DNA of 64,000 nucleotides from an uncultured virus (IMG/VR IMGVR_UViG_3300034072_001506) (IMGVR_UViG_3300034072_001506); one strand, 5' to 3'; positions 10,811 through 20,548 are shown, numbered from the stretch's first letter. Notes: generated by a model not told the origin, from the sequence alone. Numbers and translations are program-made.

Positions 10811-11053
10811 ATGCGACAAGTCGATAGCAAATATCATCAGTTCCCTATAGCTTTTGATATACCAGAAGATCTGAACCGAATTATATCGCGAAACGAATTC
10901 AAATCTTGGAAAGAGGAATTGGGTCTTCGCTACAATTATGATTATATTGGCTTCACGTATCGTAAGAATGATGGCAGCAGCTCAGGTGTTGGTTACGCTC
11001 TGGCATTCAAAGATAAAGCAATAGCATTGCTTTTCAAGCTTAGGTTTTCATAA
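10811..11053 (+). CDS. LFKL-WG family small protein
   Basis: LAFKDKAIALLFKLRFS. Confidence 0.75.
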   Translation: MRQVDSKYHQFPIAFDIPEDLNRIISRNEFKSWKEELGLRYNYDYIGFTYRKNDGSSSGVGYALAFKDKAIALLFKLRFS

Positions 11054-11055
11054 TC

Positions 11056-11574
11056 ATGTCTAACTGGCAACATAGCAAATTCTTCATCCCTTTGAATGAA
11101 ATCACTCACCAAACGCAGAGAGGTTTCAGTATGAAGAAAGAGGTCTACGGTTGGTTGGATGAAAACAAGTGCTGGACCGGACCCGATTTGTGCTTTGTGA
11201 ACGATCCCGAAAATGCTCGTCCGTTTGAAAGATGGAGCAACGTGGATAACCATTGGGCTTTGATGGATTTCAATCATCCCCATATGGCTCACAAGTTCCT
11301 ATTAAAGTTCACCAATCTCAAACCTGAGCATTGCTACCATGCCAGGTTTTCTACTAGTTCAAACGGCGAAAACAGCATAAACGATATCTACTGTGGATTT
11401 GCTGCTGGGTTCATGGATCTAGCCAGGCAGGGTCTTGTAGAGGATATTGATTTCAGCTGGCTGGTGACTAAGATGAACCATGTGGACTCTGTTGACGATC
11501 GTCTCGAAGTGGTTTTTTCGTTCGTAGATCGTGATACTGCTCTTATGTTCAAATTAACATACGGTGGCCAATGA
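11056..11574 (+). CDS. LFKL-WG family, two tandem domains
   Basis: DFNHPHMAHKFLLKF and FSFVDRDTALMFKLTYGGQ. Confidence 0.75.
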   Translation: MSNWQHSKFFIPLNEITHQTQRGFSMKKEVYGWLDENKCWTGPDLCFVNDPENARPFERWSNVDNHWALMDFNHPHMAHKFLLKFTNLKPEHCYHARFSTSSNGENSINDIYCGFAAGFMDLARQGLVEDIDFSWLVTKMNHVDSVDDRLEVVFSFVDRDTALMFKLTYGGQ

Positions 11575-11798
11575 AAAGCGTTGGGTTATCGGTATTGGAA
11601 ATGCCCTATACCTTGAAGGTGTCCATCCATGATGATGAAACTTACGGAAATGCCGTAATTAAATGGCTAACCGATAATGGATTCAAATGGCGGAGAGATT
11701 ATGAATTTGACATGAATGCCGGTCTGTTGGGCTATTGTTCATTCAGCTTTAAATCAAGAAAACTCGCTATTTGGACGGCGTTGGTCTGGATATCATGA
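11571..11798 (+). CDS. LFKL-WG family (divergent)
   Basis: FSFKSRKLAIWTALVWIS. Confidence 0.65.
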   Translation: MKSVGLSVLEMPYTLKVSIHDDETYGNAVIKWLTDNGFKWRRDYEFDMNAGLLGYCSFSFKSRKLAIWTALVWIS

Positions 11799-12052
11799 AA
11801 CACTTTACAAACAGCGATTGGCTAAAAGTGTGTCCTTATCATGTTGGCATAACGGATACGCAAGAAGCTGATAGAGCAATAGATTGGTGCCTAGAAACTC
11901 TGGAGCCAAGGGAGTGGCATATGATAGAAAAAGCAGATTCTGCCAGTCCTAAATTTTCAAGATCCAATGGGCCCACCACTTATCTTTTCGTTTTCAAACA
12001 AAAAGATCATGCTGCCCTATTCAAGCTTATGTATTGGAAACCTAAATATTGA
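11795..12052 (+). CDS. LFKL-WG family small protein
   Basis: FVFKQKDHAALFKLMYW; ATGA-coupled start. Confidence 0.75.
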   Translation: MKHFTNSDWLKVCPYHVGITDTQEADRAIDWCLETLEPREWHMIEKADSASPKFSRSNGPTTYLFVFKQKDHAALFKLMYWKPKY

Positions 12053-12084
12053 TTTACTGAGAGACGGTAATCTATCTATGCGGT

Positions 12085-12357
12085 ATGAATACCGCAATCG
12101 ACTTGGATTTGAATCCCTCTTTTGAACACCTAGTATGGGTAAAGGTGGCCGGGCATCTAATGAGTGAATCGGCTCAGGACCAACGCGACCAGCTGGCTGA
12201 GTGGTTTCTGCGAAGCAATATAAAAGAAGAGGATATGGATAGCGTCTATACAAACATAGACGGATCCAAAGCAAGTTGGAAAGCGCAAACCACTCATATG
12301 GTATTTGCTTTCAAGGATCCACATAAGGCAGCATTGTTCAAACTTGCCTGGGGATAA
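12085..12357 (+). CDS. LFKL-WG family small protein
   Basis: FAFKDPHKAALFKLAWG. Confidence 0.75.
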   Translation: MNTAIDLDLNPSFEHLVWVKVAGHLMSESAQDQRDQLAEWFLRSNIKEEDMDSVYTNIDGSKASWKAQTTHMVFAFKDPHKAALFKLAWG

Positions 12358-12365
12358 GATAGAAC

Positions 12366-12596
12366 ATGGAAGAAATCTATGTAAAAACCCGCAAGCTGAC
12401 CATGGCTAATCTCGAGAATGTTAGCAAGTGGTTAGACGAAAACGCCACTGGACCAGTCAAGATCCGAGGTGCCCACTACCGGACGTTTATCCAGCAATAT
12501 TGCGGGGAAAACGATGGGAATAAAAAGATCCATGTTCTAAAAGTCAGTTTTTTCAACGAGACTGATGCTCGCCACTTTCTAATGGCGTGGGGTTGA
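12366..12596 (+). CDS. LFKL-WG family small protein
   Basis: VSFFNETDARHFLMAWG. Confidence 0.7.
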   Translation: MEEIYVKTRKLTMANLENVSKWLDENATGPVKIRGAHYRTFIQQYCGENDGNKKIHVLKVSFFNETDARHFLMAWG

Positions 12597-12620
12597 CAAA
12601 TCACCTCTTTCTGCTAAAAC
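12593..12620 (+). promoter_or_regulatory. Host sigma70-type promoter
   Basis: TTGAC-N15-GCTAAAAC followed by AGGAGG RBS. Confidence 0.6.
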
Positions 12621-12638
12621 AAAGTAGAAGGAGGACAC

Positions 12639-12890
12639 ATGGCAGACCTACGCGATATTCCTGAGATTTATCCACACACTGTGGAGCTCAAGCTCAAGGA
12701 TCTTGATCATAGGTATCCCGTAAGCCTAGCCGTGGTCAAGTGGCTCGAGGCCCACAAGATAATGAATATTGTGGACTTTCATCTCGAGATGAATTATGGC
12801 GTCGATCGCATTGCTGTCCTATTCAAGAAGAAAAAGCACGCCAAGACTTTCAAGGAAAACAAAAAGACCATTCGAGAGTCTGCGTTGTGA
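12639..12890 (+). CDS. LFKL-WG family (degenerate C-terminus)
   Basis: VVKWLE...VLFKKKKHAKTFKE. Confidence 0.6.
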   Translation: MADLRDIPEIYPHTVELKLKDLDHRYPVSLAVVKWLEAHKIMNIVDFHLEMNYGVDRIAVLFKKKKHAKTFKENKKTIRESAL

Positions 12891-13174
12891 TCCACCATGT
12901 CTACTCTCGGATAGGCCCAGGCGCAATTGGGTTGGAAAAAGTAAAAGAAATTGTCGCCTGGCTGAATGCTAGAAAACTGATCAAAGCCGATAGTATGACT
13001 GATCTACACTGGGGCAGAAGTCACTATTATTTTCGGCTCACTGGTAATAGTTTCAACCCAATATTCCACTCCATGGATCCGGATAACGGCAAGACCGATG
13101 ATCTCTTTCTACATCTATTTTTCACAGATGCCAAAGCAGCCATGTTGTACAAATTGACCTGGGGCGGGGAATGA
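12887..13174 (+). CDS. LFKL-WG family small protein
   Basis: FFTDAKAAMLYKLTWGGE; GTGA-coupled start. Confidence 0.75.
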   Translation: MIHHVYSRIGPGAIGLEKVKEIVAWLNARKLIKADSMTDLHWGRSHYYFRLTGNSFNPIFHSMDPDNGKTDDLFLHLFFTDAKAAMLYKLTWGGE

Positions 13175-13527
13175 AGGTAGCAAAGGGATCAACCATTGAT
13201 AGGCTTTTGGACAAGGTAGAAATAGCTCTACCCCATGATCAACTAGTTTTGAACAGAAACGTCCGTGTGACTGCTCCTGAGGCTCAACATCTTCTATTCA
13301 TGCCTGACCTGGGTCTTTGGTTTTCCAATCATGATCTCCATAGGGCCCCTAATCCTTCTGACCTATTGAATTGTCCTTATTATAACTTTGCCACCGAACG
13401 TCGAGTCCACAATATTCGAGGCTTGGGTTCAGTTGGTGGATGGGTCAAAGAAACCACGCATATCTATTTTTACTTCACCGATGCTAAAATGGCAATGCTA
13501 TTCAAATTAGCGTGGGGTGGCAAATGA
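13171..13527 (+). CDS. LFKL-WG family small protein
   Basis: FYFTDAKMAMLFKLAWGGK. Confidence 0.75.
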   Translation: MKVAKGSTIDRLLDKVEIALPHDQLVLNRNVRVTAPEAQHLLFMPDLGLWFSNHDLHRAPNPSDLLNCPYYNFATERRVHNIRGLGSVGGWVKETTHIYFYFTDAKMAMLFKLAWGGK

Positions 13528-13739
13528 CTAAGAAAGAATGGCCATACCGTGTTTGCGCCAAAGTTCATCAACTCAAATTCAAAGAAATGCTTGTTTGGCT
13601 TCATGAATCCGGCCACGTTCTCCATACTACCGTCAAGTTTGGAAAACAGTTTCGTCAAAAAGACGATCCAATTGTAAAACAGGAAGTTGGGTTCAAAGAC
13701 GCTGATCAAGCAATGTTGTTCAAACTAGCATGGGGTTGA
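13524..13739 (+). CDS. LFKL-WG family small protein
   Basis: VGFKDADQAMLFKLAWG. Confidence 0.75.
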   Translation: MTKKEWPYRVCAKVHQLKFKEMLVWLHESGHVLHTTVKFGKQFRQKDDPIVKQEVGFKDADQAMLFKLAWG

Positions 13740-13741
13740 AA

Positions 13742-14002
13742 ATGACGCCGCAACAGCAAGCAATGGCAAAAATCCTCCAAGTTACTTTATTCAAGCTAGC
13801 CGAGGAGATCCATCAAATTCTAGATCGTCTAAAGCAGACCCATCCCCAATCCAGGGATAAGTTCATCCAAATGGGTCGGGAAGTGGAAGCGGCGGTTGAC
13901 AAGACCTTAGAGGATTATCATAAAAACGGTAGAAACTTTTCAGTCCAGGAAATGGATAAAATCCATTCTGATATCGTTGAGATAAGGCGTATCCTTGGTT
14001 AA
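13742..14002 (+). CDS. Hypothetical helical protein (non-family insert)
   Basis: ORF lacking terminal motif. Confidence 0.55.
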   Translation: MTPQQQAMAKILQVTLFKLAEEIHQILDRLKQTHPQSRDKFIQMGREVEAAVDKTLEDYHKNGRNFSVQEMDKIHSDIVEIRRILG

Positions 14003-14285
14003 AGAACACTTTCAGGGAGTAGTGTGGACTCCGGTCCTAATCTCTAAGAAAGTCATGAAGACTAAAGATAGAACTGGATATGGACATGAACTTATCTTGA
14101 TTTCTCCGTCTGATGAAATCTGGTCATGGTTAAAAGATCATGTCAACGAGCTACAGGAGTCGTCCATATCCAAATGTGAATGGTGGTGGGATCTATCCGA
14201 TAACCCAGATTTAGTAAAATTTTGCTTCCGTGATCCAGCAGTTGCTCTCCTGTTCAAACTAGCATGGGGAGGCGATGTTGTATAA
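13995..14285 (+). CDS. LFKL-WG family small protein
   Basis: FCFRDPAVALLFKLAWGG. Confidence 0.75.
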   Translation: MVKEHFQGVVWTPVLISKKVMKTKDRTGYGHELILISPSDEIWSWLKDHVNELQESSISKCEWWWDLSDNPDLVKFCFRDPAVALLFKLAWGGDVV

Positions 14286-14610
14286 GATTGAATGGTATGA
14301 ATACGATCCTTTGAGAGTCAAAGTTTTCAATGGTATTGATTTCAATGTTTTTGTTCTACCAGAAAAAATGACTAAAGAGGAATTGGATCTCCAAAAGAAG
14401 AGACGAGCTAATCTTAGCCCTGGTGAAAAACTCAAAGAAGCTCTTCACGATGGCCTACTTTGTAATTGGAGAGCAACTGAACTCTACCCTTGGTTTGAAA
14501 AATATTGCCCAGGTTATAAAATTTCCTGGGCTGGCACCAACGATGTGTTCATTTTATTCGCTGACATAAACCACTTGGTTCTGTTCAAACTATCTTGGTG
14601 TCAGACATGA
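14275..14610 (+). CDS. LFKL-WG family small protein
   Basis: ILFADINHLVLFKLSWC. Confidence 0.75.
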   Translation: MLYKIEWYEYDPLRVKVFNGIDFNVFVLPEKMTKEELDLQKKRRANLSPGEKLKEALHDGLLCNWRATELYPWFEKYCPGYKISWAGTNDVFILFADINHLVLFKLSWCQT

Positions 14611-14825
14611 AGACCTGTATTCTACCATTTCATAAGGTGGCCGACTATGATTGTTATAGGGCGCCCAAAGTCCTATTGCGACAGGACATCAAAGATTGGG
14701 TGGAGGCCAACCAAGGATCCTATACCTGGTTGATAAACTCTGTGGCTGATCTAGAAGAATGGAGAGTTGCTTTTTCATTTGAAAGTGATGACCAGACGAT
14801 TGTGTTCAAATTGACTTTTGGTTAA
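14607..14825 (+). CDS. LFKL-WG family small protein
   Basis: FSFESDDQTIVFKLTFG. Confidence 0.75.
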   Translation: MKTCILPFHKVADYDCYRAPKVLLRQDIKDWVEANQGSYTWLINSVADLEEWRVAFSFESDDQTIVFKLTFG

Positions 14826-14846
14826 GGGTGGCTTCATAATGGCCAC

Positions 14847-15281
14847 ATGAGAATTTGTAAATCATATCAGGTAAAGTTCAAAGGCAAGCTGATAAATGTG
14901 GGTTCACCGGCCCAGGTTTCCTACTGGATCGTAGATGACGACGGTAAGCGGTTTGAGGTCAGCATTCCAAATCATCCAAAGATAATAGAAGCTTTTGAAT
15001 GGATGGACGCGAATGATTGTCTGCGTCACCTACAAAATATCAGCCCCAGTTATACCACCAATCATCTTGAAGTGGAAACTATCCAGCATTACAACGCAAT
15101 GCTTGAAGAAAACTCCTATAGTATTCCCAAGCAATATTGCGTATCAACTGGAAGTTATCGCGCTCATGTTCCTGGGCGTAAGAAGGTTCCGGAAAGAATG
15201 TTTGAGGCAACTTGGACCTTTTGGTCCAAGGAACATGCGGTAATGTTCAAGCTAGCATGTGGCGGTGATCTTGAGGATTGA
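14847..15281 (+). CDS. LFKL-WG family protein
   Basis: WTFWSKEHAVMFKLACGG. Confidence 0.7.
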   Translation: MRICKSYQVKFKGKLINVGSPAQVSYWIVDDDGKRFEVSIPNHPKIIEAFEWMDANDCLRHLQNISPSYTTNHLEVETIQHYNAMLEENSYSIPKQYCVSTGSYRAHVPGRKKVPERMFEATWTFWSKEHAVMFKLACGGDLED

Positions 15282-15506
15282 ATAGGCTGAAAAGCGTTGT
15301 GGATCCAGTAAGTCATTCCACTAACCGCTTTACAAAATCCACAACCTGTGTTTAAAACACAATATGGTTACAAAGATTCGGATACAGGGAAAGATAACGG
15401 CTCATAGAGTAGATCCTATCTCTGAACGAGTCGCACTACTCCCGTATAAGCTTATGGTCCTCAGTAGCCCTCACAGGGCAAAATTACAGCATTCTAGGGG
15501 GTCGTA

Positions 15507-15755
15507 ATGGCTTGGGCATGTGGTGGGGTTGGCACATCGGTGTGTGTCGATAAAAATTCAGACGCCTATTATGATATACTAGACATGGACGCTGACATTG
15601 ACGGATATCCCAAAATCAGTCTCCACCATCACGTAAAGGAGTGGTTTGGCGAATCCACCATGGATGATGACTGGTGGATAGATGACCTAGGCAATCTTTG
15701 GTTTGAATTCGCGACTCGCGGTGAAGCTTTGCTCTTTACCCTTGAATTCCTTTGA
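15507..15755 (+). CDS. LFKL-WG family (divergent)
   Basis: VKEWFG...FEFATRGEALLFTLEFL. Confidence 0.65.
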   Translation: MAWACGGVGTSVCVDKNSDAYYDILDMDADIDGYPKISLHHHVKEWFGESTMDDDWWIDDLGNLWFEFATRGEALLFTLEFL

Positions 15756-15789
15756 TTGACACTTGGGTTTCTGAGTGTATTCTAAACAA

Positions 15790-16113
15790 ATGGAACCAGT
15801 CGCAGTTATCTTTCAACATCACCTATTAGTGCCAATCGGCAACTGGCATGATTGCTTTGCGGCAAAGATTCGTAGTGACTTCCACGAATGGCTTCTAGAA
15901 AACGTGGGTTATGGATTTAGCTCACCAGTGGTTGGATGGGATAAAGACTGTCCATCTGTTGACAATAACTTGGTGACTTGGATCTGGTATGATGACCGTC
16001 GAAAAGGCATCGACGCAAGAAAGTGGAAAGTTCAAGGATTCAAGATTCTATTCCTAAACCCCAGGCACGCTACATTGGCGAAGCTTGCCTGGGGTGGGGA
16101 TGGTATCACTTGA
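15790..16113 (+). CDS. LFKL-WG family small protein
   Basis: ILFLNPRHATLAKLAWGG. Confidence 0.7.
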   Translation: MEPVAVIFQHHLLVPIGNWHDCFAAKIRSDFHEWLLENVGYGFSSPVVGWDKDCPSVDNNLVTWIWYDDRRKGIDARKWKVQGFKILFLNPRHATLAKLAWGGDGIT

Positions 16114-16549
16114 TAATGCCTGGTAGATAACGCTTACCCGTTGGTGGCAAAGTGAGCAATTGCTTACGATTGCTGATTCCGCTCTTTAGACCAAAACCAA
16201 TGTGAACCCAGCGACGACGTTCGTGAATCAACTGGTCGAATGTAAGACCCGATTGTGCGATTGCCATACAAACATCATAAGGCGTACCAAACGATGGACA
16301 AACAAAATCAACAGCAAAGCCAAACGAATGAGCTGAAGTCGTAACACCGCCCACAGCTCTATTCACTGCGTCACTACGAAAAGCAGAATTGATTCGTATC
16401 GGCCTATTACCTAGAATAGTGCGAATCTTTTCCATCTGCTGAGCCGTATGAGTCAGGTTCTGAAGTGTGATACCCGTTGGAATATTGGGAATCCCTGTTG
16501 ATGTTGTGGTCATCTCAGCAAGGCTAAAATGAGGGGTTAATTGAGTCAT
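16106..16549 (-). CDS. Endolysin, peptidase M15 family (Zn D-Ala-D-Ala peptidase fold)
   Basis: HFSLAEM...INSAFRS..VNRAVGG..SAH..G.AVDF...LIHE..WVHIG; AGGAGA RBS; CTAAATA at 16576-16582. Confidence 0.85.
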   Translation of the reverse strand: MTQLTPHFSLAEMTTTSTGIPNIPTGITLQNLTHTAQQMEKIRTILGNRPIRINSAFRSDAVNRAVGGVTTSAHSFGFAVDFVCPSFGTPYDVCMAIAQSGLTFDQLIHERRRWVHIGFGLKSGISNRKQLLTLPPTGKRYLPGIIK

Positions 16550-16598
16550 ACCGATCTCCTCTATGGGATTTCCCATATTTAGCCCTAATAAGTAGGGA

Positions 16599-16835
16599 GT
16601 GGACGATCAGTTATTCTCTTCCCATAATAATCCTAGACCCTTTAGGGTTGATTTACCCAATGTCATCCATCCATTGGATCACTATAGAGTCCGATGCTAT
16701 CTGTTATCCTTGGAGTGGCAGGAATTTGTTGATTGGATGATCTGCCCCTATTCAGTTGATCTGGCGGGGCAATATCAAGTTTGGTTTTCCGATATTGCGA
16801 AAGCTACATATTTCAAGTTATCGTTTTCTCTGTAA
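16599..16835 (+). CDS. LFKL-WG family small protein
   Basis: VWFSDIAKATYFKLSF. Confidence 0.7.
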   Translation: MDDQLFSSHNNPRPFRVDLPNVIHPLDHYRVRCYLLSLEWQEFVDWMICPYSVDLAGQYQVWFSDIAKATYFKLSFSL

Positions 16836-16851
16836 CAACAAAGGCTTGATC

Positions 16852-17052
16852 ATGGAATATCCATATACTGTAGAGATATCAACAGAGCATGATGACAGCG
16901 ATATTACGGACTGGTTAATTAGTAATGATATCGTTGCCCATAGGGACTACAAAGCCATTAGGTTGACGCATATTGACATCTATATGATTTACTTCAAAGA
17001 CGCCAAGAAAGCAATGTTGACCAAACTCAGATGGACAGGGGTCGGTTCTTAA
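16852..17052 (+). CDS. LFKL-WG family small protein
   Basis: IYFKDAKKAMLTKLRW. Confidence 0.7.
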   Translation: MEYPYTVEISTEHDDSDITDWLISNDIVAHRDYKAIRLTHIDIYMIYFKDAKKAMLTKLRWTGVGS

Positions 17053-17336
17053 TTACCAATCCATGTTAACTTGAACAGCATGGCAACCTTGGGATCTTCT
17101 ACTCCCACATGCCAGCTATTTTCTTTGATCTCATTCCATACCAAACGATAATACTCAGTCATAGACATAAGCCATTCATGGATATCATCTCTTACGAACC
17201 AACCACCACCATAATGTGGTCGTTCTCTTTCTATTCTTGAGTTCCCAGAGAGGGCGATAGTGGTTAGGCGACCGCCAACACAACCGTTCTTGGGTTCATA
17301 CCTATCTATTTCGACCCAGATCATAATATCTTCCAT
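17049..17336 (-). CDS. LFKL-WG family small protein
   Basis: VEDPKVAMLFKLTWIGN. Confidence 0.75.
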   Translation of the reverse strand: MEDIMIWVEIDRYEPKNGCVGGRLTTIALSGNSRIERERPHYGGGWFVRDDIHEWLMSMTEYYRLVWNEIKENSWHVGVEDPKVAMLFKLTWIGN

Positions 17337-17625
17337 TGAATCTCAAGGCAAACTTAACAGCATCTCTTTTTTCACGAAAGAAAAAGGTGAACAGATTACC
17401 GGTTCTCCACCATGCCACACTGCCATTGATTTCATCGTGCATATCAGGAATACTAGCTTCTAACCAATCCCATATCTCCCAAGAGGGCATGGGACCATTG
17501 TAGTCAGTATCTAATTCAAGTTCTTCTTCATTACGATTTTCTGAATAGGGAAGACAAACTTCAACCCACCCTTTACCACCTAGTGCATTTCGTGGCCCCA
17601 TAGCTTGATTGCCATGTTCTCTCAT
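17302..17625 (-). CDS. LFKL-WG family small protein
   Basis: FFFREKRDAVKFALRF. Confidence 0.7.
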   Translation of the reverse strand: MREHGNQAMGPRNALGGKGWVEVCLPYSENRNEEELELDTDYNGPMPSWEIWDWLEASIPDMHDEINGSVAWWRTGNLFTFFFREKRDAVKFALRFNGRYYDLGRNR

Positions 17626-17912
17626 TGACCGCCCCACAGGGTCTTAAAATAGACAGCATGCCTTGGGTCTTTGAACCACAGGGAAATCGTCTTAGAGGGG
17701 CTATCGCTGATAGAGTTCCAATTTACTGACCATCCCCACGTTTCGTTGTTGAAATCTACTTCTTCGATATCATTGAAGAAACGAGAATCAGGTGTAGGTC
17801 CGGCCACCTCCTCTAGGAGGGTCAAGGCATCACTTTTGAGTTTGATGTCCATGTTCCAATCTACGATTGCTTCTGACCGCACTACAATGAACGTTAGATC
17901 CGCTGGTATCAT
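17622..17912 (-). CDS. LFKL-WG family small protein
   Basis: LWFKDPRHAVYFKTLWGGQ. Confidence 0.75.
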   Translation of the reverse strand: MIPADLTFIVVRSEAIVDWNMDIKLKSDALTLLEEVAGPTPDSRFFNDIEEVDFNNETWGWSVNWNSISDSPSKTISLWFKDPRHAVYFKTLWGGQ

Positions 17913-18217
17913 ACTCCGGACCATGTTAGTTTGAACATCATCGCGGCGTTGTCGTCAAAGACTAACAAGGCATCTGGCATGGTGTCATGGGCCAAGATAT
18001 ACTCAACAGAGTTCTCGTCCATCCACTCCTTGATCTCATCACGCAGACAATACTTGAGTCGGATCATGCCGTGACCAACTCTCTTGAATTCATTGGACTC
18101 AGCAGTGTTGGACCACACGATATTGCCATCGAATTCAGGCTTCAAGATAGTGAACTCACTATGGTCAATAGCCCATGCGAGTCTACCATTGAGATATATC
18201 TGAGAGAATTCGGTCAT
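17909..18217 (-). CDS. LFKL-WG family small protein
   Basis: LVFDDNAAMMFKLTWSGV. Confidence 0.75.
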   Translation of the reverse strand: MTEFSQIYLNGRLAWAIDHSEFTILKPEFDGNIVWSNTAESNEFKRVGHGMIRLKYCLRDEIKEWMDENSVEYILAHDTMPDALLVFDDNAAMMFKLTWSGV

Positions 18218-18218
18218 A

Positions 18219-18596
18219 CTATAATCCCCAGGCTAGCTTGAACAGCGCAGCCATGTCTCGGTCCTCAGGCAAAAAGCCCACATGCCAGCCTGGTTCCATG
18301 TCATCGTTGGCATAACGGAACTCAAACTGATAACGACGTTCCAACCCTGTGTCTACCAGCCAATCATGAACTTCGTCCTTGAGACGAAAGAATCCATCCA
18401 TACCTTCCTTGTGACAAGGGCGTATGAGATCCTGAGGCTGATAAGGCCCATCAGGACGAGGACAGACGACTATCCTACAATCAGGGCCGTTGTAGAAGTC
18501 TCGAACGGTGTTGGCCCGCTTGTCGTTGACCTTGACCCAGATCAGACTACGGCCGGTTCGATCCAAAAGTCTAAAGGGGCGAGGGTGTTCTTCCAT
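18219..18596 (-). CDS. LFKL-WG family small protein
   Basis: EDRDMAALFKLAWGL. Confidence 0.75.
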   Translation of the reverse strand: MEEHPRPFRLLDRTGRSLIWVKVNDKRANTVRDFYNGPDCRIVVCPRPDGPYQPQDLIRPCHKEGMDGFFRLKDEVHDWLVDTGLERRYQFEFRYANDDMEPGWHVGFLPEDRDMAALFKLAWGL

Positions 18597-18615
18597 TGCC
18601 CCAACATAGCACCTA

Positions 18616-18819
18616 CTATGTCCAAGTCAAGGCAAACCAGATTGCGTCCTTGCGATCATAAAAATACCAATAGGTGGTGTCACTGGATCCAAAGTAGGCA
18701 TTGCTGAACTGACGTTTGAGATAAATCTCGCCCCAACCCATGAGCTCCGTTTGGTTCTGATAACCTTGGGTTCGAACTTTGTAGTGGAGTCCAGCTGTAT
18801 ATAAAACAAACTTGCTCAT
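18616..18819 (-). CDS. LFKL-WG family small protein
   Basis: FYDRKDAIWFALTWT. Confidence 0.7.
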   Translation of the reverse strand: MSKFVLYTAGLHYKVRTQGYQNQTELMGWGEIYLKRQFSNAYFGSSDTTYWYFYDRKDAIWFALTWT

Positions 18820-19064
18820 AACCAAGTCAGTTTGAACAGCACGGCGTGTCTGGGATCTTTGAAGTAGATGAACACATGCTCAGCGTACAAGGGAATATCG
18901 TGATACCACGAAGCTAGATTTTCATCTCTTTTGTAATGGTATTTGTGGCCAACATTGGTGTCTAGCCATTCTCTGATTTCTGGTCTGAAGACAAACCAGT
19001 CGCTGAGATCGCACTCAACTTTTTGTCGATGCACTATCAACTTGGTCCATGTTTCCCAAATCAT
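18816..19064 (-). CDS. LFKL-WG family small protein
   Basis: IYFKDPRHAVLFKLTWL. Confidence 0.75.
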   Translation of the reverse strand: MIWETWTKLIVHRQKVECDLSDWFVFRPEIREWLDTNVGHKYHYKRDENLASWYHDIPLYAEHVFIYFKDPRHAVLFKLTWL

Positions 19065-19342
19065 AGAAATATCAACTTGAACATAATGGCTTGGCTTCGA
19101 TCAGCAATCTCCAACTGCCACGACTCACAGGAGATAGGAGTCAAGACATAGCCGTTACTCAAGATAGAATGGGCATAGTCGGTTAGAAAGTAGTGAGCTG
19201 CCATGCGCCGTCTTGGCTGATGACGATCCTGATATCCCGATACCGTTGGACGGTCGCTTGGGGGATCACCATGTGAATACCATAACCAATTGAATCTGGA
19301 GCCAGTGAAGTCAATGTTGTGATCCAAATCAAAGACAACCAT
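19061..19342 (-). CDS. LFKL-WG family small protein
   Basis: IADRSQAIMFKLIFL. Confidence 0.7.
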   Translation of the reverse strand: MVVFDLDHNIDFTGSRFNWLWYSHGDPPSDRPTVSGYQDRHQPRRRMAAHYFLTDYAHSILSNGYVLTPISCESWQLEIADRSQAIMFKLIFL

Positions 19343-19344
19343 GA

Positions 19345-19644
19345 CTACATTCCACTAAAGGTCAGCTTGAACAACACGGCATCATCGGCAGTCCTAAAGG
19401 AGACCAAGATATCATCGCTCCAGAAATCAAAGGACTCAATACCCTGATGTTCCTCGATCCACTCCAAGTAGCCATTTGGTAGACTTTTTCTGCGAGTTGG
19501 GTAAGTGATCCAAATATTCCAAAGGTAGCCAGCTGATCGGTGGTCTTCAAGAAGTTCCTCTTGACGAGTCGTCTTGAAACTTTGGATTATACCTAGATGT
19601 CTTGTTATTGCATTTGGATCCGGAGACCAATCATCTGATTTCAT
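19345..19644 (-). CDS. LFKL-WG family small protein
   Basis: SFRTADDAVLFKLTFSG. Confidence 0.75.
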   Translation of the reverse strand: MKSDDWSPDPNAITRHLGIIQSFKTTRQEELLEDHRSAGYLWNIWITYPTRRKSLPNGYLEWIEEHQGIESFDFWSDDILVSFRTADDAVLFKLTFSGM

Positions 19645-19645
19645 C

Positions 19646-19900
19646 TCAACCCCATCTCAACTTAAACAATAGAGCCTGGTCTCTGGTCTTGAATCTAAAA
19701 ACAATGATACTGGGCTCTTCATCCATGTCTCTGATAAACCAAGCACCCCAGGTAGTGCCTTCGGCCACGAAGCCAGGAGTATCTTCACAGGTCACCGGCT
19801 CAATATTGCCCGCCAACCATTCCTTCATCTCTCTAGGGAGACGCCCATTTTCCAACTTAACACGAATAGTCAGGTTGGGGCTTTCCTTGTATTCAGCCAC
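19646..19900 (-). CDS. LFKL-WG family small protein
   Basis: FRFKTRDQALLFKLRWG. Confidence 0.75.
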   Translation of the reverse strand: MAEYKESPNLTIRVKLENGRLPREMKEWLAGNIEPVTCEDTPGFVAEGTTWGAWFIRDMDEEPSIIVFRFKTRDQALLFKLRWG

Positions 19901-19901
19901 G

Positions 19902-20117
19902 CTACCCCCAAGTCAACTTAAACAACATCGCGATATCATGGTCATGAAAACGGAAGACAATACTGGAGGAAGTAAACGCCCAATCCCAGTTATCACCACA
20001 ACGGTCATCCAACCATTTGACAAGCTGGGGGTCCAGATGATCACCACAACGCCATGGTGACTCACCATCAGATGACTCAACCATCACATTGTCATAGGAA
20101 ACCAATACGTCTATCAT
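19902..20117 (-). CDS. LFKL-WG family small protein
   Basis: FRFHDHDIAMLFKLTWG. Confidence 0.75.
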   Translation of the reverse strand: MIDVLVSYDNVMVESSDGESPWRCGDHLDPQLVKWLDDRCGDNWDWAFTSSSIVFRFHDHDIAMLFKLTWG

Positions 20118-20548
20118 CCCCAAATCAACTTGGCAAGCATCTGACGGCCACGGTCTGGAACATAAAGGGTCATTGGTTCACGACCCATTGAAATGAACTT
20201 GAACTCTTCTATGACCACGATATCACGTTCCTTACACCATTGATGAAACTCTTGCGATCTACTAAAATCTATCGTGAGCTCCATTTTCATGTAACCACGG
20301 GCCAAGAGGTCATCGATCGTCGTAATCTCTTCATTATCGGATTCGTCCCACTTGACTACCGTGACATTGAACTTCAACTTGAACTGTAGGGCGTATCTCT
20401 TGTCCCTAAAGATCACATTGAAGATAGTGTGACCTTTGCCATCATCACGATTACAACGGTTATAGTCTCCATGTCCTCTGTAAAGCACAAAGTCGTTGAC
20501 CTCTAAGAGGTCGTTGAATTCACTCGAGACATCAAAGATATAACTCAT
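20114..20548 (-). CDS. LFKL-WG family, two tandem domains
   Basis: IFRDKRYALQFKLKF and VPDRGRQMLAKLIWG. Confidence 0.7.
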   Translation of the reverse strand: MSYIFDVSSEFNDLLEVNDFVLYRGHGDYNRCNRDDGKGHTIFNVIFRDKRYALQFKLKFNVTVVKWDESDNEEITTIDDLLARGYMKMELTIDFSRSQEFHQWCKERDIVVIEEFKFISMGREPMTLYVPDRGRQMLAKLIWG

